This document shows positions 27,401 through 41,100 of a DNA stretch of 64,000 nt, piece after piece. The notes beneath the pieces were generated by a model that saw nothing but the letters and a program-made list of their open reading frames with translations, made no database searches and was not told where the DNA came from. Made by a program: the position numbers and the translations under genes. This DNA comes from the human T2T-CHM13v2.0 reference genome, Homo sapiens. The stretch is from assembly GCF_009914755.1 (NCBI RefSeq), contig NC_060930.1; one strand, 5' to 3'. Positions within the stretch are counted from its first letter, which is position 1. Each line of letters begins with the position of its first letter.

Positions 27401-27926
27401 AGAACCCAGAAAAAAAATCCATGTATTCACAGCTGACAGATTTTTGCCAAAGGTTCCAAGAACATACATTGGAGAAAGAATCGGCTCTTCAATACATAGT
27501 GCTGGGAAAACTGGATAACTGTATGCAGAAGAATGAAACTAGACCCCTCTCTCTCACCATATCCAAAAATCAACTCAAAATGGGTGAAAGACTTAAATGT
27601 AACACCTGAAACTATAAAACTATTAGAAAAACATAGGGAAAATGTTTCATGACATAGGTCAAGGCAAATATTTTATGGGTAAGACTTCAAATGCACAGTC
27701 AATGATATCAAAAGTAGACAAATGGGAGTATGTCAGACTAAAAGCCTTCTGAACAGCAAAGGAAACAACCAAAAGAGTGAAGAGATAACCAGTAGATGGG
27801 AGAAAATATTTGTAAACTATTCGTACAAGAGATTAATAACCAAAATGTACAAAGAACTCAAATGACTCAGCAACAACAACAACAACAGCAAAAAACATAT
27901 AATTCAATTAAAAGATAAGCAAAGAG

Positions 27927-28253
<327 letters not shown>

Positions 28254-28678
28254 TTAAAAGAAGATATACAATTGGCCCATAAGCATATGAAAAAATAATC
28301 AGCACCACTAATAATCAGGGAAAAGTGAATCAAAACCACAATGAAATATCACCACACCCCTAGTTAGAATGACTATTATCAAAAAGGTAAAAAGTAAATG
28401 CTGGTGAGGATTCAAAGAAAAAGGAACTCTTATACACCATTGGTGGGAAGTAAATTAGTACAGCCATTGTGGAAAAACCATGTAGTTTCCTCAAAAAACT
28501 AACCATAGAACTACCAACAATTCTTCTACTGGGTATTACCAAAAGGAAAGGAAATTAGTATATCAAAGAGATATCTGCACCCCCATGTTTATTTCAGTAC
28601 TATCCACAATAGTGGAGATACAGAATCAACCTAAATGCCTATTAAAAGATTAATAGATAAGAAAATACGGTGTATATA

Positions 28679-29014
<336 letters not shown>

Positions 29015-30144
29015 TCATTCATGAAAACATGGATGAGTTTGCAGTGAAAGTTAAATGCTACTTGTTCTCACTCGTATGTGCGAGCTGAACAAGTTGATCT
29101 CATAGAAGTGGAGAGTAGAGTTGCAATTATTAGACACTGAGAAGAGTCGGGAGAGAAGGATAGGGAGAGGTTGGTTAATGAATTAAAATTTACAGCTAGT
29201 TGGGAGGAATAAATTTTAGTGTTCTATAGCATTGCAGGGTGACTTTAGTTAACAATCATTTATTGTATATTTTCAAATAGCTAGAAGAGAGGATTTTGAA
29301 TGTCTCCAACACAAAGGATAAATATTGAGGTGATGGATATGCTAATGATTCTGATTTGATACATGAATCAAAATATCACTCTGTATCCTATAAACACATA
29401 CAATTACTACGTGTCAACCGAAAATAGAAGCAAAACTAATTTCTGGAGCCAAGCACAGACACTATACGAGTCATAATTTCTGACTATCGAAAAATGATAA
29501 TGACAGTACCAGGGGTGGGTTTCCTATTCAGGGACAATAGTGACTGGCAGTAATGGTGGGGAACTATTGAGGAGGACATTGCCTTGTTTCTTAAATGTCT
29601 CTAAGCCTTCAATATCTTCAGCATGTCTGTGCCTTCATGCTAATTAAAAATTCACATAAATATGCTTTTAAAATTAGTAAAATTGTGGCCTCAGGTGAGT
29701 TCTTAAATGGCAGTAATATCTCTGGAAATACTTAACCTGTTCATTGAAAACTGAGCCTCTAGAGTGAATGCAGCTAACTTTTCAAAGCTCTTAGGGAAAG
29801 GAACACTCACAATATGGGAAAAGATACCTGTGGGGAGGGAACAAACAGGAAAGTGAGAAAACAGCAGGAAAAGCTCTGCCAAAAAAGGATTCAGTACATT
29901 GGAAACTATAAAGTCAGTGAGAAGTTGATCTTTCATTATCGTAACCAGCTGAGAAAATTCTGCCTCTAGCATCTGCTAGTAAAGGCGTGAAAGAGAGAAG
30001 ACTCATTTTGCCAAACTTAGATCCCACTCATAGCTGATGAGTTCTAACTTTAGAGGTGGAAAATAAAATTGAGATTTTGAGCCTGGAAGTTCGATGAACT
30101 TTAACATAGCATGGAGATTTGCTTATTGAATTTTTTCCCGTTTC

Positions 30145-30243
30145 CTATTTTTTCTTTTCATTTCCATCCTTCCCTCCTTCCCTCTCATCCTTCCTTTCTT
30201 CTTTCCTTCCATCTTTCTTCCTTGTTTTCCTTTTTTACCTTTC
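30145..30243. repeat. CT-rich polypyrimidine low-complexity tract
   Basis: Imperfect (TTCC)n run. Confidence 0.8.
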
Positions 30244-30810
30244 AGTGAATTACAAGGATCACCTTAAAACAAAATTCTTTGTATTCTAGCAGCAAACTTT
30301 CTTCTGCAGTTGAGAGTTGATATGCACTTCTTGAGAAGGAACTGTGAACATATTGGGTTTAACATGTTCCTGTACCCTTAAGAAAAAAGCAACTGACTAA
30401 GACAATGTTGCTATTCGTACATATAAAGAGGTACCAGGTCTAACACTGTGAGGTTTGAAAAGGAATGGAATTAATCAGGAAAAGCTGTTGAGAAGGGGTA
30501 ACTCAAAGTATTAATTCAAACGAAGAGAGATACGCAGAATGTTAATAGGAAGTTATAAGGAGGCTTTCATAAAAATGCAATATTTGTAGCAATACTCAGA
30601 ATGCAAAAAGAATAGACCAATGACAGACAACATAAAACATTTATCTGGACCAAGAAGGCAGTCGCGATAAGACTTGGAAAAAAGAAATAATGGCCTTTGT
30701 TGGTACATGGACATGAGAAACCTGTTTTCAGGCAAGAAATAATTAAAACATATAATAGCAATGAACTTTAAATATTTTACATTATATCTTTAGTGAATCT
30801 TTCCACATAA

Positions 30811-31173
<363 letters not shown>

Positions 31174-32499
31174 AAAAGATTAGCTTTTAGAAAGACAAAT
31201 ACCACTGGCCTTTACTTATATGTTTTTAGAGCAATGGTTGTAATGTTTTCCATGCTCACAGAAATATTTTATAAACTCTTTCCTGAATAACTAATGTCAG
31301 GAACCAAGAGCTGGAGTTAACCCTAGCTATGGTGTCATATTGAATTATGATATATAATCAACCAGATCCCAAAGTTACCCATAGTTGAAGACTCTAACAA
31401 AGTAGGAACAGGATTATATATCTGATCGCCCTTCATAATATAGTGGAATGAATTACACCTTTGAATTTTTTAGTGGGTAGATATAAATTTTTTGTGTTCT
31501 GGGCTGCATTTCTATAAAGGCAGCTTTCATTCAACCTGTTAAATAAACATATTTGTAATTTTGGTTATCTTCTCAAAACCATACTTTCTCAGCTGTTCTT
31601 CCTCGCATCTTGAACAATATAATTTGCTTTCACTGCTTTTCATATGCTACCAGGATAACTTTAGCATTGGGGGTTTTATATGTAGAAGTGGATTTGCATA
31701 GATCTATACAAGTATTACCAGAAAAATGCTATACTTAGAATGATAAATTCACCAGCAGAAAACAAGCCATGACTAATAACAATTTTAAAGAATTTTTCAG
31801 GGTTTTCTATGAGTGAGTGTCCACATGTAGATATTGGCAGTGCAATACAGAACAGTGCTTTCTGATGATAACTTAAAATTTAATCCAGTATATGTTGATT
31901 GTAAATAAATAAGAGTTCATGAAAATACGTGATTCTTCATGTCAAATACAGCCTCCCCCACTATTCCATCTCCTGCATCCTTTGCTAATTACAGGATGTT
32001 ATTCATCATGGATTTTCCTATTTCTCTCAGTTGTAAAGATGAAATGCATATAGTTTTGTTAATGTAAATATTGATACTTCCCAGGGTACGTTTTGTTTGT
32101 TAAAATTTGCTTTTTTCCCTTAAATGTACTTGCTTGGCATTCCTCTAATGTCATCAACATAAATATGTTTTAAGGTAAGGAGAATGCTGACTTGGTCCCA
32201 TTCTTAACTCTGAAAATATTAAAAGCACTGCTCCTGGTCATAGTTTCTGCTTCTCTGTATCCTTGTAGAACTCAGGAGAGTAGTCTGGGTATAATTAAGG
32301 TCAAGCACTCAGAATTTATAATAATGGCATCTGTGTTACCAACTTCCTCATGACTACTATTAAATACAGCACCTGTACTGGTTGCACCACATATCTCCTG
32401 CACAGCCCACCCAATCCTACAAGAGAAGGATTAGTTTTATTGTAATAACTCTTGGCTTATATTTAATGGTGCTTGTGGTCTCTTACTGATCAAAAACCT

Positions 32500-33000
32500 T
32501 TCAATAAGCAGGATTTATTGATCTGGCACTTAGGTCCCTCTTCAATCTAGCCGCAGTTTATCTTTCCAATGCTATTCTATACTACTACTAACAAAATCCC
32601 ATCTCGTAAGTATAAGGCTACATATTGCTACTTAGAAATACAAGTTGTATATCTATAGTTTTGATTATTGTTTCACTTTACTTAAAATTGTCTTTTTTCC
32701 CCTGGCTGTGGGTCTATCTAAGCCTGGCTCTTTCAGGTTCCAGCTAGAGTTCCCAGGCACCATACCATTTGAATTCTTGGACATAGATTGTCCACATCAC
32801 TTATTAAGTACTTATCAAATACTTTCTTATATCGGTATATTTTATTTTTATACCTAGTTTCCCAAAAGAGACAATAGCCCCATGATGTCATATATGCTAT
32901 CTTACTATCTTATATAGATTCACATCACATCATTATGGCCTGGTAAGGTGATTTACATATGGTATAGGAATTATTAATATTTGTGTAACTAACTTGATAA
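32500..33000 (+). mobile_element. L2 fragment
   Basis: ggtccctcttcaatctagcc...ctttcaggttccagct...attattaatatttgtgtaactaa. Confidence 0.5.
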
Positions 33001-33723
33001 CTCTAGGCTTATTGCCATTTCATAAGGAGTGCATTTCTAGCCTTTTAGTAACCACACTGCCTAGAAATGAGAAGTTATCCATTTTTAATATTATTCTAAA
33101 AGAAGAAGGTAATAGAAAACTCCAGAAATCTAAGAAAATATTTCATATTTTTAAATTGCAACTCTCACACTCCATCTTCAAATCTCTGTAATCTAGCCCC
33201 CATTACTTACTATCATAACAGTTATATGCATGTGTGCTTTGCTCTTCAAATACCATAAGCTGGAAAAGTAAATTTTAGCTCTTTATTGAAATTCTGAAAT
33301 GTCATTAGTATCATTTTCTCATTTACTTATCAATTCTTTTTTTAATCAAATGCTTATTATTTGTTGAGCAATTAGGCTTCTTACATTGACCTGAATACAT
33401 ACAGGCCCTGTCAGAAACAAATTTTAGTGCTAATAACAGCTTTCATGTAACACATCATCAGATCTTGTTATTTTGAAGAAATGACATGACTAAAAATGGG
33501 GTCCTTTAATCTGAACTTTCTGAAGATTTACTAGGAGAGATGAATAAATAAATTAACACCAAGATTTTTTATCACTATGCTGATGAGAACATATAATTAT
33601 GAAAGTTTTCTTTAGATTTAAAAGTTTTATCATCTTAACAATTCTGAGTCCCTTTTTCATGTTTTTCCTATGAATACATCCCGAATGCATCCAGAGTGTA
33701 AAAGATTTTGTTTGTGCTTTTCT

Positions 33724-34022
33724 TTTCTTTTTTTTTTTTTGAGACATAGTCTCGCTCTTTTGCCCAGGCTGGAGGGTAGTGGCACGATTTCGGCTTACTG
33801 AAACCTCCGCCTCCCGGGTTCAAGCGATTCTCCTGCCTCAGCCTTCGGAGTAGCTGGGACTACAGGCATGTGGCACCACGCCCAGCTAACTTTTTGTATA
33901 TTTAGTAGAGACGGGGTTTCACCATGTTAGCCAGGATGGTCTTGATCTCCTGACCTTGTGATCCGCCTGCCTCGGCCCCCCCAAAGTGCTGGGATTATAT
34001 GGCATGAGCCACCATGCCCAGC
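33724..34022 (-). mobile_element. AluSc-like
   Basis: Full reverse dimer with ttagccaggatggtc. TSD ttgtttgtgcttttct (33708-33723) / ttgtttgtggttttct (34023-34038). Confidence 0.96.
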
Positions 34023-35089
34023 TTGTTTGTGGTTTTCTACCTTATTTTGTGACATTGAGACTTGTGGTTTGTGTCAAAAGTCATAATTTTGAGCTGAAAA
34101 TTACAAAGCATACAGGAATTAAATAACCTGCTGATATACATGGCACAGATCACACTGAGGAATTCCTGTTATATTTAAAAGGGGACTTCAAGAAAACCCT
34201 TATGTTGTCTGTTTTACAAGAAGAAATTTATATTTTGTAGTTAAAACATTGAATATGTGCACATACACACAGAGACTTCTTGTTTAAATGTCTACAGGAA
34301 AATAGATGAAAGTATAAAATAATACCAGAAATTTTCCATTTAATGATAGCTGGTTGAAGATATACACTTACTTATATTTTATCCTAAAATACCAACAAAT
34401 TGATGTTAAAGAATTAACAGTGAGACAAGAAGTTTCAGCAATTTTTAGAAGATTGAAAGTAGATAGAGGATTGGCAAGTGAGCAGAAAGGAAAACCCAAA
34501 AACTTATGAACATGCAGAGGAGGATTCCAAAGTACAAATTTGGCAGGTAACATCCTCTAACAACAGGATTTGGAAGTGGAAGGAATGTGTGAGGTAGAGG
34601 ACCAAAAACTGGAATAGGTTGAACAATCTGTTTAAGGAACAGGTAGCTTGCCTTAGCCTCTTCCAATGGTCTCCACATCAGGCTTCTCCCCCAAACAGGC
34701 AAGCCTCTTGAGGCACAGGTCAGCATCAGCAGTTTCTAAACAGAAGATTAAATTAAAATTTGCATACTGAAAAATTAAAAACTGCATACTATGCAGCAAG
34801 ACCACCAGCTCCTTCCCAGTTCAGCCCCAAAATGCTGTGGTTTGGTGCCTAATAATAAGAAGACTTGCAGACCCAAAGCAAAATCCTACAGACTCCTATA
34901 CATAGAGCATTTGGAAGGCACTGCCCCATCATCTTATGTGAGAGACAACAAATGACCAGCACACTAATGTATAACAAAGCACCAATCAAGTTTTAGCTCC
35001 TCCTATTTAATATGAAAAGACAACCAGGGATCACCAGACTTTTAAGGAAGGCTCCAACATGAAAGTTAAAGATAAGAATAAACATAATA

Positions 35090-35465
35090 GAAAATCTTTA
35101 AGTCATCCTCACTGGCTGTTCCCAGTGTTGGGAATTCTCTTTCTCATCTTTGCTCTCTTCACTCCTTCACTTCATTCACTGGCTGCTGTTCAAATGTAAG
35201 ATACTGAGATATCTTTTCTTACCATTACATCTAGAATAGTGTTACCCACTGCCTCACCCTCACCCAGTTCTTGGTCATTCTATTTATTTACTTGAATTTA
35301 TTTTCCTTATTATATTAATCACTGCACAGATATTTTGGTATATTTATATATTTGTTGTCCATCTCCTCCATTACAAAATAAACATTCATAAGGGGAAGGA
35401 ATATTGTTTATAGACAATAATTGTTTTTAATATTTACTTATTTATTTAGTGAAGATGAGTAACTT
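35090..35465 (+). mobile_element. L2 3' fragment within HAL1/L1ME
   Basis: actggctgttcccagtgttgggaattctctt...tgttcaaatgt...tttgttgtccatctcctccatta. Confidence 0.6.
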
Positions 35466-35986
35466 GAATAAAGCAAAAGCAATGTAGAAAATATAATTTT
35501 AAAACTCTGATAATTCAGAGAACTAAGAAAACTTATAGCCAAGACACAATTAAAATAAGAGCTATATAAAAAGAACAATTAGAGAATAATTAGCTCTTGG
35601 AAGTTCAAAACGTTAAAAATTTTAAAATAGTTCACTATTAGACTCGCAAGACTTGGTAAAGAAAATCTCAGAGAGTAAAGAGAAATGAGAAATATGAACA
35701 GTGGGAAAGAAAAGATAAGAAGGTGAGAGATCAGTCCTGGAAGTCAACTGTCTGACTAACAGAATTTCCTGTAGTAATAGAAAGAGTGGAAGGGAGGAAA
35801 AAATTAAGGATATAATGCAATAATATTGTCTAGACTATAATTAAAGGGCCCATATATTGAAAGGCCCAAAGATGCTCTACAAGCTAAATGAAAAACAGCA
35901 ACAACAACAACAAAAACACCCAGTTACTTCCTTTAGAGAATTTCAGAACTGGGAGCTGAATGTATTTCCTACATAAAGGAACCTCA

Positions 35987-36373
<387 letters not shown>

Positions 36374-36582
36374 CTAAAAAATACCCCTAGTATTTTATAT
36401 TATTAATGGGTATAGATATGTAAATATTTAGGAAAACTGTAAAAAAAAAGTCACGTGAACACTAATTCTAAAATCATGATAGTAATTATCCCTGAAGAAG
36501 AAGTGAAGAAAGTAATATTTAGGAGAAGTACAGAGAAGGCATCATTTATATTGTATAAAATATTCTATTAAAAATGACTTCA

Positions 36583-36814
36583 GTCTGGGTGTGGTGGCTT
36601 ACACCTGTAATCCTAGCACTTTGGAAGGCTGAGGCAGGCAGACCACTTGAGGTCAGGAGTTCAAGACCAGACTGGCCAACATAATGAAACCCTGTCTCTA
36701 CTAAAAATAGAAAAATTAGCCAGACGTGCTCACTTGAACCCAGGAGGTGGAGGGTCTAGTAAGCCAAGATTGTGCCACTGCACTCCAGCCTGGGCGACAG
36801 AGCGAGACTCTGTC

Positions 36815-36843
<29 letters not shown>
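36583..36843 (+). mobile_element. AluS with about 50-bp right-arm deletion
   Basis: ttagccagacgtg joins directly to ctcacttgaaccc. Long A tail. TSD aaaatgacttca / aaaaagacttca. Confidence 0.94.
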
Positions 36844-36845
<2 letters not shown>

Positions 36846-37265
36846 CTTCAAGCAAATATAGCCTAAGGATTAATGAAACTGGGTGGTGGGTATAATGACG
36901 TTATTATAATATCCTTTATACTCTTCAATGGTTTTGGAACTATATCATTGCTTTTTTAAAAACAGATGCAAAATACCAAAAGAAAGAAAGAATGGAAACA
37001 GGTTACATTTTTTAAAAATGTAGGGAAGCAAAATGATATTGGACTTCTCAACTGCAAAAACAGAAACTAGAAAATAACGGAGAAATTTCCACATGATTCT
37101 GAGAGAAAATCGTATTTAACCAAGCAGTATAAATGTGTCCATCCAAAATATCAGTCAATTAATATAAAAATGTAATGAAAGCACATTCATCAGACTTAAG
37201 AAACTAGTGACTAACATGCTCTGTAAAACAAGAGAAGAAACCAATTAAGAGAAAGACACGAGAAA

Positions 37266-37846
37266 TGTTAAAGAGAAATTATACCAATACTTGTTAAGAA
37301 TGGCAAGATGGATTTTATTTGAACTACTGTAGTAGGGAAGAGAGACTTCAATATTGAACTGACATCATCTCCAAGTAAAACAAACAAAGAACACTTTACT
37401 CAAGACCATTGCAATGGGAGAGAAGACCACTGCAGAAGAGAGACAGACTGAACTCAGCTCCACTGAAAAGAAAGCAGAAGGATTATTAAATGCTGACATG
37501 AACCAGTAGGGAGTACATTAGTGGGGAAGTTGGTGAATGTGTTTAGGCCATCTGAGTTTGCTAAATGTCACTTACCTGAGTTAGGCTCCTACTCTCCTAC
37601 ACAGATTGAAATAGAGGTGCTATCATTTTTCACAATTACATTTCAAAGGGATATCTCTCATGTCCTTGAGAAAGACATTCCTGAGTTGTAGAAAATTTAC
37701 ATCTCAAAAATAGGGAGAAAAAATTGATAATTGCAAAATTTCTAAAGTAAATGCTCTAAGAAAAGGGAAGTTAGAGGCCCATATTGAGGAAGAAATCTCT
37801 TTAAAGTTTAGTCGAGCTGATAGGAACATTAAGGTCATGTTGGTCA
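37266..37846 (-). mobile_element. ERV1 solo LTR, MER67-like
   Basis: TG...CA bounded, 581 bp. Minus strand begins TGACCAACATGACCTTAATGTTCCTATCAGCTCGACTAAACTTTA. ttacatttcaaaggga...ccttgagaaagacattcct is typical of MER67/MER31. The host element resumes at gatccaggaaac. Confidence 0.75.
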
Positions 37847-38149
37847 GATCCAGGAAACTGGGGGTTCAACATGCAAGAGAACTGATGATATTGGGTGGAG
37901 GCCTACATTAAATTATGTGCATCAAGTTCATGGAGTGTGATGGAAGCCAAAGCCTGGAGGATTCCAAGTCATAGTTCACCTGAAAAAGAACAAACAAAAA
38001 AGGCATTAAATGATCCTGAAGTATTGGACCATGTAGAAATGAATATTGAATGAGTCCTTACAGTTCTATTGGTCAATTTGAAAATAATTAGTGGTAGATA
38101 TGCCACAAAGAGATGATGAAAATCTACCCAAAAAATGTGAAGAAATCAA

Positions 38150-41100
38150 AAAAACAAAGATAGCTGGAAAATCCCAAAATACATGGAGATTAAACAACAC
38201 ATTCTAAATAGCACATGGGTCAAGAATAAATCTCAAGACAAATTGTAAAATATTTTGAACTAAATGGAAATTAAAATATCACTTTTTAAATTTTGTAGAA
38301 TGTAGTGAAAGCACTGCTTTGAGGGAAATTTATAGCATTGAATGCATATTAAAACAATCTAAAATCAATAAGCTAACCTTCCAATTTATCACTCTAGGAA
38401 AAAAAAGAGCAAAGGAAATCCAAACTAAGCAGAAGGAAAGACCTACTACAAATTAGAAAATAAATCAATAAAATTAAAAATAAGAAATCAGTAGTGAAAA
38501 CCAACAAAACTATAAACTGCTTATTTGAAATGATTAATAAATCATTAGGCCTTTAGGCTAAGAACAAAAGAGGGAAGTTAAGAATTACTAATATTATCAA
38601 TGAAAGCAGGAATATAACTACAGATATCTGGACAAGAAAGGATAATAATGGTATATTGTTAACAATTCTATATCTACAAATTTAACAACAAAGATAAAAT
38701 GGAACAATTTTTGAAAGATGCAGTCTAAAAAAACTTGTAGAAATAGACAAATTGAATAGGCTTTTATCTATTAAAAAATTGAATCAGCAATTATTAACTT
38801 TTTAAAGCAGAAAGCACCAGACCTAGATAGGTTCACTGGTGGATTCTACCAAACACGTAAAGAAGACATTATACCAATTCTCTACCATCTTTTTCAGAAG
38901 ATAGAAGCAGAGACACTAACTTCGTAACACAGTCTATGATGCTAGCATCACCGTAATACCAAAACCAGACAAAGGCAGCACAAAAAAAGAAAACTGTAGT
39001 CCAATATCCCTCATGAACACAGATGCAAAGACTTTCAACATATAACAGTCAGTATAGCAAATTGAATCAGAGAATGTATAAAAAAAATTATACACCACAA
39101 CAAACTGTGATTTGTCCCAGGTATGCAAAGCTGGTTCAAAATTCATGTAATACATCACATCCACAAACTAAAGAAGAAAAATTACAATATCTATAGATGT
39201 ACATCGTATCAATAGATGTACCTCACATCAGTAGATGAATAAAAAGCATTTGGCAAAATCCAGCATCCATTCATGATAAAAACAAACAAAAAAACTCTCA
39301 GTAAACTAAGACAGAGAAACTTCCTCCACTGGATAAAGAGTACCTATAAAAAAATCTATAGCTAACATCCTAACAGTGAGAACTAGAAGCTTTTCTACTA
39401 AGATCAGGAACAAAGCAGGGTTATTCCCTCTCACTACACCTCTTAATATTTTACTGGAAGTTGTAGCTAACACAAGACAAGAGAAGGAAATAAAGTTACA
39501 CAGATTAGGAAGGAAGAGATAAAACTATTTTTGCTCACAGATAAAATGATTGTCTGTGTAGAAAATCTGCAGGTATTGGCCCCCAAAATACTCCTGTAGC
39601 TAGTAAGCAGTTACAGCAAAGTTTCAGGGTACAAGGTTAATATGCAAAAGCCAATTGGTTTCCTTTGTACTACCAGTAAACAGAATTTGAAATTTAAAAT
39701 ACAATACCATTTATATTACCACACACACACAAAAGGAAATATATAGGTATCAATTTGTCTTCAACTATTTTGTGCTGCTGTAACAAAATACTACAGACTA
39801 AGTAATATATAATTTTATAATTTATAATTGTGCATTTAGGCTGCATCATAATATGGCAAAAGGTATCATATGGCAGAAAGGCAAAAAGACAGGGAGATAT
39901 ATGAGGGGAAAGAGAACAAAAAGAAGGCCAAACTCACCCTTCTGTAGCAAACCCACTCCCATGGTGGCAACATTAGCTCATTCATGACAGTGGAGCAACG
40001 CATGGCCTAATCACCTCTTGTTATGCCCCACCTCCCAACACTGTTGCACTGGGTATTAAATTCACATGCTTTTGGGGTGACATACTCAAACCATAGCACT
40101 TCTGGTCCGCCAGAATCTATGTTCACCTCACATGCAAAATATATTCATTTGATTTCAATAACACCAATGTCTTAACTTGTTCTAGCACCAACTCAAAAGT
40201 CCAAAGTCAAGAGATTCATCTAAATCAGATATGGATGAGACTCAAAGCACAATTCTTCCTGAGGCAAATTCCCTCTAGCTTGAGCCTATGAAATCAAAAC
40301 AAGTTATCTATTTCCAAAATACAATGGTGGGACAGACATAAGGTAGACATTCCCATTCCAAAAGGGCGAAATAGGTAAGAAAAGAGGGGTGACTTGTCTC
40401 AATAAAGTCCAAAACCCAATAGGGCAAACAACATTAAATCTTAAAGCTGGAGAATAATCTCTGTTTTGACCCTATGTCCCATCTTTTTAGTACACTGAGG
40501 TAGGAGTTAAGCCGCCAAGGCTTTAGGCAGCCCCACCTCTATTGCTTTGCTGGGCTCAGCCTGTATAGCAGCTCTCACAGGATAGGGTGTCATGACTACA
40601 GCTCTCCGGGTGGTTGTTGCAGACTGGTAGCTCTGCAGTTCTGAGGTCTTGGGGATGGCCCCACTACTGTGGCTCCATCAGACCTTGCCCTAGGGAGGAC
40701 TCTCTGCAGTAGCCTCACTACCTGTATTCCACTAATCATTGCTTAGTGACTCTGCCCCGAAGCAGGTTTCTGCCTGGGCCCCAGGCTGCCTAATGTATTC
40801 TTTGATTAGTGGATGCTGCCATAACTCCATAGCTCATGAACTTGGCACGTCTGCAGAGTCAGCACCACATAAATGCCTCAAGGCTTACTGCTTGAGCCCT
40901 CAGGAACAGTGGCCCGAGCTGTACTTGAGGCTGCTTAAGCCACAGCTGTGGGAGACAAGGAGACAAGCTTCTTGAATGTGGGGAACAGAGTTATAAACAC
41001 AGGGAACAGAGGCCCAAAGTGGCCCTAGTCAAGGAGCTTGTGGAGGGCATCCTAGACCTGTCTCCCAAAATCATTCTGCCCTCCTACAGCTCTGGGTCTA

